Part shown: positions 24,301-33,105 of the stretch, in pieces
Position numbering within the stretch: the stretch's first letter is position 1
Layout of the letters: each line of letters opens with the position of its first letter
NCBI GenBank assembly: GCA_038087875.1
Contig: CM075988.1
Span: 25,918,001 to 25,978,000, forward strand
Reading direction: 5' to 3'
Length of the DNA: 60,000 nucleotides
Source of the DNA: Malacoraja senta
Taxonomy: Eukaryota
Notes under the pieces: model-generated
Seen by the model: the letters and a program-made list of their open reading frames with translations, nothing else
Database searches by the model: none
What the model was told of the DNA's origin: nothing
Position numbers and translations under genes: made by a program

Positions 24301-25395
24301 TTCCTCCATCAGAGTGAAAGAGGTTTTCTGTGCCACCGTGCCAAAGGATGGGCGCTCCTATTCTCCTATGTTATTTGCACAGACAGTGAGGGTATTGAAA
24401 AAGATCAATAAGCCTGGCAACGTGATCATTGCATTCAGTGAACTGGCTGACAAAATAAAGGTAGGTATACTGTGTTATCAACTTGGCATGTATTTACATA
24501 ACTTCATTAACAGTGAAATAAAGATTTTTTTTAAATCTTGAAGGCGATAATATGTCGAGTAGATGCAGAGCCTTGGGGATCCTCGTTGTCATTCGAATAA
24601 CATAATAGCGATAGAACATGCCATGGTGCAATAACGTCAGGTCTTAGACATTGGCTCTCATGCATTCGTAGTTAACTACTGATACAGGAAACAGAACATG
24701 GTATTCCGTACGATAGCTCCAAGTAACACTATATTCTACATGGTTTCATTGTACTTATTAATGGATGTGTTGGTGTGGGGATCGCTGGTTGGCGCGGACT
24801 CAGCTCTGTTTCCGCATTGTATCTCTAAACTGAAACTTTCCACATGTGCTGCCTGACTTGCTAAGTGTTTGCAGCATTTTCTGTTATTTCACTCTTGGCT
24901 CCAAGGTCTTCAATCAGCCACTCCAATATTGAAAAGAAAATGGAGGGCTGTTTGCTGTGGTACTAACTTGACCAGCAATAACGTTTGTTCTGCCCATCAG
25001 TCTCTTGCAGACCTGCAGCAACAAGAAGAGGAGACATTTGTCGATGCACCAGATGAATTCCTCGACCCTATAATGAGCACGCTGATGGTAGATCCAGTTA
25101 TACTGCCCTCCTCCCGGGTCACAGTGGATAGGTCAACCATAGCCAGGCACCTCCTCAGGTAAGGCATTTTCATCTGCACAGCCCACAGTTGATGACTGAA
25201 TTTTAAAGAATGGATTTTGATTTCCAATAACTTGATATTCCATTTTTTATTTTTTGCTTTAGTGACCAAACTGACCCTTTCAACCGTAGCCCGCTCACAA
25301 TGGATCAGATCAAAGCAAACTTGGAAATAAGAGAGAAAATTCAGCAATGGCTGACGGAAAGAAAACGACAGAAGGATCAAAATGGGCAGACATAG
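333..25395 (+). CDS. UBE4A: Ubiquitin conjugation factor E4 A (U-box E3/E4 ligase), spliced CDS, 5'-partial; 18 coding exons in the window, about 1030 aa
   Basis: The exons join in frame across GT-AG introns and translate to a UBE4A-like protein ([62 protein letters not shown]-box [48 protein letters not shown]). Stop TAG at 25393-25395. Confidence 0.97.
1633..1745 (+). CDS. UBE4A: UBE4A coding exon
   Basis: ag|GTGAC...CAG|gtat; [37 protein letters not shown]. Confidence 0.95.
4447..4599 (+). CDS. UBE4A: UBE4A coding exon
   Basis: [15 protein letters not shown]...[24 protein letters not shown]; bounded by AG/GT. Confidence 0.95.
4665..4997 (+). mobile_element. CR1-type LINE 3' fragment
   Basis: ORF2 tail (aggaatctgaggggtaacttt...cacacaaagggtggtg) plus 3' UTR ending gaagggcctgtttcc. 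Confidence 0.85.
5296..5455 (+). CDS. UBE4A: UBE4A coding exon
   Basis: [16 protein letters not shown]...[27 protein letters not shown]; donor gtaagt at 5456. Confidence 0.93.
5587..5905 (-). mobile_element. tRNA-derived SINE (HE1/V-SINE-like), near full length
   Basis: tRNA-like head, central gtttgcacattctcc core, 3' end similar to local CR1 3' ends, (ctaaa)n tail. Confidence 0.82.
7499..7701 (+). CDS. UBE4A: UBE4A coding exon
   Basis: [12 protein letters not shown]...[13 protein letters not shown]...[16 protein letters not shown]; donor gtaag. Confidence 0.95.
7877..8505 (-). mobile_element. L2-type LINE 3' fragment
   Basis: [51 protein letters not shown]; (ttgac)n tail. Confidence 0.88.
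8778..9056 (-). mobile_element. tRNA-derived SINE (HE1-like)
   Basis: Same layout as 5587..5905. Confidence 0.8.
9741..9932 (+). CDS. UBE4A: UBE4A coding exon
   Basis: [23 protein letters not shown]...[21 protein letters not shown]. Confidence 0.96.
10076..10432. mobile_element. hAT (Charlie-like) MITE
   Basis: TIRs CAGGGGTGGGGAACCT / AGGTTTCCCCACCCCTG; perfect 8-bp TSD GTGTAGAT (10068-10075, 10433-10440). Confidence 0.9.
12068..12401 (+). CDS. UBE4A: UBE4A coding exon
   Basis: FMVQFHDK...[21 protein letters not shown]...LLTFNPTYC...NVHMK. Confidence 0.96.
12558..13347 (-). mobile_element. GC-rich non-autonomous retroelement-like repeat with a hairpin and short-repeat 3' tail
   Basis: Abrupt GC-rich insert in an AT-rich intron; hairpin 12587-12609 next to a (gatacaat)n tail; internal duplication; related sequence at about 55062-55515. 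Confidence 0.6.
14514..14640 (+). CDS. UBE4A: UBE4A coding exon
   Basis: [41 protein letters not shown]; bounded by AG/GT. Confidence 0.95.
15782..16089 (+). CDS. UBE4A: UBE4A coding exon
   Basis: [24 protein letters not shown]...EPQMLQNC...LSHIP. Confidence 0.96.
16911..17177. mobile_element. Palindromic Penelope-end-derived mini-element. Representative of a family with copies near 2845, 3865, 6155, 6565, 13935, 15035, 21118, 22497, 23043, 27732, 30255, 31534, 31746, 37373, 37614, 41978, 42820, 50120, 50660, 51170, 53635, 54145, 55520, 56373 and 58351.
   Basis: Shared motif ctgaagaagggtctcgacccgaaacgtcacc...agatgctgcctg(t/a)cccgctgagttactccagca...ccagcatctgcagttcc, in either or both orientations, matching the 3' end of the element at 35219..36648. 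Confidence 0.85.
17785..17917 (+). CDS. UBE4A: UBE4A coding exon
   Basis: [43 protein letters not shown]. Confidence 0.96.
18659..18846 (+). CDS. UBE4A: UBE4A coding exon
   Basis: [20 protein letters not shown]...[15 protein letters not shown]. Confidence 0.96.
19333..19433 (+). CDS. UBE4A: UBE4A coding exon
   Basis: [33 protein letters not shown]. Confidence 0.96.
19496..19952 (+). mobile_element. CR1-type LINE 3' fragment
   Basis: [37 protein letters not shown]; (tttctatg)n tail. Confidence 0.9.
20800..20913 (+). CDS. UBE4A: UBE4A coding exon
   Basis: [38 protein letters not shown]. Confidence 0.96.
21241..21314. repeat. (TA)n microsatellite inside a palindromic mini-element
   Basis: Seen directly. 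Confidence 0.95.
21871..22045 (+). CDS. UBE4A: UBE4A coding exon
   Basis: [17 protein letters not shown]...[26 protein letters not shown]. Confidence 0.96.
23214..23394 (+). CDS. UBE4A: UBE4A coding exon
   Basis: [59 protein letters not shown]. Confidence 0.96.
24313..24460 (+). CDS. UBE4A: UBE4A coding exon
   Basis: [49 protein letters not shown]. Confidence 0.95.
25001..25158 (+). CDS. UBE4A: UBE4A coding exon (U-box)
   Basis: [52 protein letters not shown]. Confidence 0.96.
25263..25395 (+). CDS. UBE4A: UBE4A last coding exon
   Basis: [43 protein letters not shown]. Confidence 0.96.
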
Positions 25396-26989
25396 AATGA
25401 TAAAGCAAAAAAAAACAAATGAAGTGTGCAGTCGTGGGACATTTACTGCTGTCTATGACTGCCTGTGTACAAGGACTATCCAGGGACTTAATGGCATATC
25501 TTAATCCATCTTCACAACTCTTGTTCAGTACGAATCAATTTAACGGAATGTTCTTGTAGCTGTGCAAGAGTTTGGCCCAGCACAGTTTCACTTTTGCTCT
25601 TAAGCAACCGACTGCCAGCATTAGCAAGTAGTGTTCGATGTTTTCCTGTTGAGTTGGCTGACTGGAAATCAGTACTTGGAGAAGGCCTGAAACATAAGTC
25701 AAATGAGTGAGGAGTTCATAGCTAACAAAATGGCTGTTTGAGTTGGTGTATTTGGTGACCTTGAAATTATGCTGTGCAGTATTTATCTTCAAGCATTAAT
25801 TATGCTTCTATGAAATTCTTTTTCCAGCTGTTTCAATGGGCCTGTTGACTTATTCTATGAGTTGGAGAGTCCAATGAAATAGCAGAAAAAGGAGTTTGAT
25901 GGTTACTGCAGCATAACATCCTTCCCAGGCCTGTGTTTTTATTTCTCTTAATTTATCAGAATCACATCTTTTAAGACATTGACTGGATGCTTACTTATCC
26001 AGCTAGAAAAGCTTTATAGGGGTGTAAAGCGGGAAGCAACTAATATAATGCACCAGCATTGGTGAACTTGGTCTTTATAATATGCATGCCTCAAGACTAA
26101 TACCATTGTACATTTTCTGTAAAATTAACCTACAGTTGAAGGTGGATAACTTCCGACATGACGCTTAAGTTGTTTGAAAAAACTCGACTGGTACTGCATC
26201 TTGCATGCCAGGATTTCCATTAAGGAACATCTAAAAATCCTTTTTATGATGTCCATTTGTGTGGTTGAATCCCTCCAAACGTTGGCGTGTTCCAATGCAG
26301 CTGTTAGTACTGCACGCTGGAACCCAACCCCATAACGCCTGTAAAACAATGTGTTTAGTGTACAGAAACAAATCAATTATAATTGCAAGTCAACAGATAC
26401 TTAATATAATTTGCAGAGGCTCAATAACTTTGTTTAAACTAACTCTGCTCCCAGACACATGAGCCCAATGAAAACTGAATTTCTGGAATTCAGCCTGTCC
26501 CTTCCCATTGGATTCCCTGTTGGAAAGTGAAGTTTGGTACAAAAACCCTCCAGCTCCTGAATTGTCTTCGGCCGCTTAATAACGCTGTTTCCATTCTGTG
26601 ATGCTTTCTCACCCTAAGACCACAACATAAAGGCTCAAGGCTTGTTGTGCCTGTTAGTGAATTTCAACAGTTTTCTAACCACAAATACAGTTCATGTGCA
26701 AGATTTTTTTTCTTTGCAGATTTCTGTGCTATCTCTTTGCTCTTCCAGCTCATTGTACTGAAAGATTGTGCTATCATTGACTGCTTATTTCCAAGTCGTC
26801 AGTTGACTCTGCCCCATTTCATCAATGAGGAAGGGAGTTAGTTCTGCAAGTTTATACTGCAATAAGTGAACATCACCTAGATTATACTGGGTTAATGCAA
26901 AGAATGCCATCAGAGGTATGGATGCCCAACTTTATGGAAACGTTACCGGTCAATGTCAGGTTTATTGGTTGTTGACATTTTTTCCCCCA

Positions 26990-26995
26990 AATAAA
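26990..26995 (+). terminator. Candidate UBE4A polyadenylation signal (AATAAA)
   Basis: AATAAA about 1.6 kb after the stop codon, in a repeat-poor stretch, followed by U/GU-rich sequence. Other sites are possible. Confidence 0.35.
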
Positions 26996-29708
26996 CAGCA
27001 ACATAATTCTAAATCTTGAGCCGTGGATCTAACGGAATGGCTAAGGTTATTTAATGTATTTAGTGTTCTTTATATTGTAAAGTGCTGTAGATTCGTCATG
27101 AGAGTAACAAAAAATAATGTTTTTTCCCAATGTTTTTGTGTATTTAGTGGTACTTGGGTGGTGGTGTGCAGTTATGAGCCAGAGCTGAGGAATGTTGATT
27201 CTACAGGCTGCAAAACACTCTGGCCTTACCTTGATTACTTGATTTTTTAATTTATGCACACAAATTTTAAACCCACTGCCCCAATTATTGCCTTAAAACG
27301 CCACTTACGGGCTGCCACAGTCCACATGTTCTGATAAGGTAGGGCACACTGACCTCCCTATTTTTTTTGGGGGTCTTTGAAGGAAAATTTGAGAAGATTT
27401 TCCATTGGGCTTTTTATCCTTTCTCTTTGTCTGATATTGTTTGACTGTTTTCCATTTTTCTATGGCGATTTGTGGAGATGGAGATTGGCAAAACCACAAA
27501 ATGCAAATACTTGATTCATTATTTTCATCTGTAGAGGAATTCCTGATTGCTGCAAGATTAAAGTAGCCTTTATTGTCGAAGAGAAGTTGATCTTGTTTTA
27601 CCCTCATTTGGTTAAAAGCAAATGCTATAAATTTGCATTACTTCAGTTAACTGAGCATAAATCTCCTTTGCTTCCGTTATGTCTGACTTTGTGCTGTACA
27701 CAACTGGAGGCATCCTGCTGGGTCCATGGTGTCTGATAAAAGGTCGTTGACCTGAAATGTTAACTTTGTCTCTCTATCCACAGGTACTTTCTGACCTGCT
27801 GAGTTCTTTCAGCATTTCCCATTTTGTTCCTGGTTTCCAGTGTCTGCAGTATTTTGCTTTTGGGATATTTCTAATTGCCTGTGAACATTGTTTGAATAGA
27901 GAAGAGTGTGACATCTGTTCATTTGAATTTGCGAGATTTAAACAATCATAGAAATGTTTTCACAGGAAGTTTATTCATAGTATACAAGTTCCTTTCCTCT
28001 AAGATGTGAATTGTACATGGATGAGCTATTTTTCAACAGCTTTTTCACATCTGCATCCTTGTTGTAATCAATAGCTCATTCACTGTTCTGCAGTTGACAG
28101 GATGCTGAATGAAAGACTGGGTTTAAGACTCTCGGTGTGACTGCATTAGTTTAGAGATGTAGTTGCTTGCTATGTTTTGCAATTTTGATACCCTAATTTC
28201 TTGTAGACAGCAGATACTGAGATTGGGATACAGGCGGACTGTGGGCTGAAGAATCATCATTGTTAATCATCTTCACGCTGAGTGAAGACCATTATATTAA
28301 TTATTCATAAGAGAAAGAGGTTATTGTTGGTCATTTCAGTACCCACCATTTCCTTTGAAAAATTAGGGCATATGCACAGAAATGCTTTAAATTTACATGT
28401 AAGCCATGAAAGAATTCATAAATTGAAGCCATTGTACATTAAAAAACTTGATTCAATATCAGAATGCCAAAGTAGATCAATATTGTTTTCAAACTTCTTT
28501 GTGCATTATTTATGCTTCCCATCACTACCTCCTCAAGCATGATTCATCTTGTGGAAGGACAGCATGGTTGGTGTTGTGTTCTGGTCTCTGCTGGCATTGC
28601 AGCTATGAATAAGAGATCTGCTTCACTGCTGGATCCTCTTGGAGGAAGGAATGGTTCCCCAACAAGACCAAGTGTGGAGCAGCACTCTGCTTTCTGCAGG
28701 GGTGCTGCTCCCCACCCCTGTTGAATAGGGAACCCATCCCACCAGTATGCTGCTGCACCCTACAGTGCCTGCACCTGACCATTAGATGAGCAAAGAAAGA
28801 ATGTTCCATTTCAAATGTACCGGGTAGGAGAGTGACCTGACTGCAAGCTGACTCCTCATGTCCCAACATCGAAAAGGCAGGGCTGGGCAGGCCCACTGGA
28901 CAGAAAGGGGGCTGCAGTTACTGCCATCTTTCAGTAATTGTGTATATGAAGGAATGGTAAAAGTGCACAATTATAAATTGTTTTTTTGTCAAATCCAAGC
29001 ATCTATTGTCCTAAAGGCCACGAACAAGCCAAGTGAAGCTCACTTGCATCATCCAGGGACATTTAACAAATCCTGCTTTATCTCTAGTGATGGAATCCAG
29101 TGCACTGCACTTTTGTCATGCCAGTCTCTTGCATATACTCACAGCGAAGGCAAGTGCGGTAAGGATGACCAAATGCAACATTCGCTGTAGTTTTTTTTCT
29201 CCCTGGAAGATGGGTGGTTCTCTTTGACTTGATGTACAATATCCAACAGGTATTTTAATCAGAGGGTGGTGAATCTGGAATTCATTGCCGCAGATGGCTG
29301 TGGTGGCCAAGTCAATGGATATTTTTAAGGCAGAGAATGATAGATTCTTGATTAGTACGGGTGTTATGGGGAGAAGGCAGATGAATGAGGTTGTGAGGGA
29401 AAGATAGATCAGCCATGATTGAATGGCGAAGTAGTCTTGATGGGCCGAAAGGCCGAATTCTGCTCCTAGAATTTATGAAGTTTATCACTTTATTTGTCAC
29501 GTACCAAAGTAGAGTGAATTCATTTTTGTATACAGTTCAGTACATGTATCACTGTGAACAAGAGTGGCAATTTGCCACAGTATTAGCTTAAATGTAGTAT
29601 CTTGTTTTAGTTGTGGAATCACCTATTCAGAACCAGAACTATTCACGCTGATGTATTAACGTTGAAGAAACGCCCTCCTATTCGGGCGCTTCGCGCTGGG
29701 ATTAATCT

Positions 29709-29921
29709 CATAGAAACATAGAAAATAGGTGCAGGAGTAGGCCATTCAGCCCTTTGAGCCAGCACCGCCATTCAATATGATTATGTCTGATTATCTAAAA
29801 TCAGTACCTGCTTTTTCCCCATATCCCTTGATTCCGTTAGCGCTGAGAAAAAAAAATCTAACTCTTGAAAACATCCAGTGCCTTCTGTGGCAGAGAATTC
29901 TACAGATTCACAACTCTCTGG
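29709..29921 (-). mobile_element. CR1 3' fragment. Similar short CR1 ends near 16290, 17992, 22070, 23660, 29260, 32345, 32780, 33900, 34275 and 49735.
   Basis: catagaaacatagaaaataggtgcaggagtaggccattc is the reverse complement of the tail at 19900-19952. Confidence 0.8.
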
Positions 29922-31913
29922 GCGGATGGAAATAATCCATGGGCCCTATATGAACTAATTCTGCCCGCTGTTCGGGCCAACGTTTACCTGCCACTCGCTG
30001 TCTAAAATGTTCATTGTTGTTTGTGGAGACGACAACACTCCCATTCCATCCACTGATAGATGCTCTCTTGCGATGAAAGGACATTTCTTCGGTGATTTTC
30101 TCAACTCCTGGCAGTCTGTTGGTTGATGCATCGCCCTGCGAACCCTGTCAGGTAGATGAGTCTAGCAGTGAGGCAACATTGTCACCGCGTTTGGGTGAAT
30201 CTCCGTGAACTACAGGGACGCGCCACAGCTTCGCCACCCGCGTGGAGCCACAGATACAGAGAGCTGGAGACAGTAACTCCGCGGGTCAGGCAGCATCTCT
30301 GGAGAAAAGCAATAGGTGACGTTTCGGGTCGAGACCCTTTGTCTATCGTCACCTAACCATGTTCCAGAGATACTGTTACTCCCGCAATTTGTGTCTTTCC
30401 TTGGTAAACCAGCATCTGCAGTTCCTTGTTTCCCAGCCATTGTACCTGTAAGGAGTGTTTCAGGCGGTACTGTACATTGTAGACCCCAGGTCGCCAACAT
30501 ACTCCACATGGTTATTGGTGGATGGAGATTTAAGGACGAGATGTCAGCCACACGCCGCTAGTCTCGAGGACCCCCACACGTTAAAGTGACCGCGGATGTC
30601 GACTCCAACGGAAACATGACCCATGCCGTGCCTTGCCTCCACACTTGCTGCCACCAGCAATGTTTTATTTGCTCCAGATTCCTGTATCTGCAGGCTCGTG
30701 TCCCCAAAGCAAAATCTTCCCGGAATGGGGGTCGTGGGATCATTGAGGTTTAGAACCAGGCTCAGCGAGTCCACGCTGACCATCAACCCCCCCCCCCCCC
30801 CCCCCCCCCCGCGCTATTGACTCATCAACTCTCCCAACACTCGCTGAGAAGTGAATCGGAAGCGGGGTAAACAATGAGCCAAGCTCTTACGGGCAAAGAT
30901 ACTAGAGCGGAGCTCTATGATCTTTGCTTCCGGGCACATTGGGCACCGGGACGTATGGCAGTGAGCAGCGGGAGAGGGCGATGGGAGCCTCTGTCGGAGT
31001 GGCGCTGGAGGATGGCGAGTGTTTACTGAGATGCCGTGATCGGCAGGGACACCCAGGGGTGGAGAGCGACATAGCGCGTCTGAAAAAAGGTTTTGTTGAA
31101 CTGAATTTGGTAAGGACTTTAAGCATATTTATTTTTAAAAATCGGCTGCACAAATATGATCAGAAGTCGGAATAGCCGCGCACGAAACCCAATTGAAAGC
31201 CCCCTAATTTACACTTTATATTGACCGTTGTCATCCTGTAAAAGAATAGCAGTGTTGGGGATTTAAGTGGAATTTAGTGAACTTGGGCACCTTCATCAAA
31301 TGTGTGGAAGCTTTCCCTACCCGGTGCGGGACGGCTAGGTAACAGGAATAATTCATTTTTACTTTTGAAATAATTGTTAACCTGCTACTTTGATGTGCCG
31401 TTTAAAATATAATTAATATCATTTAAATTGGTTATTGCTACATGGTTTAGGTACCATTTACTTGCCCCTAGTGTGCAATGATTTAATACTGTGTGAAAGT
31501 TGTGTCTAGGAACAATTACTTGCATACAATTAGAAGGTAGACAAAAATGCTGGAGGAACTCAGCGGGTCAGGCAGCATCTATGGAGCGAAGGAGTAGGTG
31601 ACGTTTCGGGTCGAGACCCTTCTTCAGACTGAGGGCATACAATTAGGGCATCTTTGCTATAAAGCAGCTCATGTAGTCAATATTATAACCATTACATGGA
31701 ATGAGGTACAGTCAGACATTGAGGTTTGTGTCCAGGAACAGTGTCCAGTCTGAAGAGGGGTTCGGCCCGAAACGTCACCTATTTCCTTCGCTCCATAGAT
31801 GCTGCTGCACCCGCTGAGTTTCTCCGGCATTTTTGTCTACCTTCCAGGAACAATTGCCTGGATACAATCATCAATAGTTAATGTTATAACCAATACCTGG
31901 GGACAATTAGGGC

Positions 31914-32316
31914 AATAACCAACCTGACCTCCCGGTGGCTCAGCACTTCAACTCCCCCTCCCATTCCGTATCTGACCTCTCTGTCCTGGGTCTCCTCCAT
32001 GGCCACAGCGAGCAACACCGTAAATTGGAGGAAATGCACCTCATATTCCGCTTGGGCAGTCTACATCCTGGGGGCTTGAACATTGAATTCTCCCAACTCT
32101 GCTAGCCCTTGCTGTCCCCTCCCCTTCATCAGCCCTCTGGTTGTCTCCTCCCACCCCCTAGCCCTCGGGCTCCTCCTCCGCCTTTTTTCCTTTTTTCCTT
32201 TCTTCTCCCCACCCCCTATCAGTCTGAAGAAGGGTTTCGGCCCGAAACGTTGCCTATTTCCTTCGCTCCATAGATGCTGCTGCACCCGCTGAGTTTCTCC
32301 AGCACTTTTGTGTACC
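31914..32316 (+). mobile_element. 3' fragment of the same Penelope-like family
   Basis: Near-identical to about 36223-36610; retains 11 nt deleted in that copy. Confidence 0.9.
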
Positions 32317-32546
32317 GACATTAGGGCATCTTTGCTACATTACCTTTAGTCAGAGGGTAGTTAATCTGTGGAATTCATTGCTACAGAGGGCTGTGGAGGC
32401 CGAGACAGTGGGTATTTTTAAGGCAGAGATGTCTTAGGGTGTCGAGGGTTATGGGGAGATGGCAGGAAAAGGGGATTTAGATTCAAGAGAGTTTATTGTC
32501 ATGTGTCCCAGATAGGACAATGAAATTCTTGCTTTGCTTCAGCACA

Positions 32547-32773
32547 ACAGAATATAGTAGGCATGACTACAGAATATAAGTAGGCATGAATACAGAATAT
32601 AGTAGGCATGAATACAGAATATAGTAGGCATGAATACAGAATATAGTAGGCATGAATACAGAATATAGTAGGCATGAATACAGAATATAGTAGGCATGAA
32701 TACAGAATATAGTAGGCATGAATACAGAATATAGTAGGCATGAATACAGAATATACTAGGCATGACTACAGAA
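32547..32773. repeat. 22-bp minisatellite, 10 units (ACAGAATATAGTAGGCATGAAT)
   Basis: Seen directly. Confidence 0.95.
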
Positions 32774-33041
32774 CAGAGGTGAGCGGAGGCAGAGGTGAGC
32801 CAAGATTGAATGGCGGAGTGGACTAGACGGGCCGAACGGCCTGATTCATCTCCTCTCACCTGTGAACCTGGGGCCAGGTGCAGCCAGGCATTGAGGGAGG
32901 TGGCCAGCGCCGCGCCTGCAGGACCCCGCGTGCCGGATAGGAGCGGGGTGAGCGCGCAGGCACGGCGGCGGGCGGCTTGGCTGGCTGGCTGGCTGTCGCG
33001 GGGTCCTGTCGGCGCCGGCGGGGCGGGGTGACCTTGTGGAG

Positions 33042-33105
33042 ATGGCGGAGGCGGCGAAGCGGCTGGTGCGGAGCGTGGTGGCGGGGGCGCCGGTACTGGC
33101 CAGCG
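33042..33105 (+). CDS. ATP5MG: ATP5MG coding exon 1
   Basis: gagATGG Kozak context in a CpG island; donor G|gtaat at 33106; phase compatible with exon 2. Confidence 0.85.
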
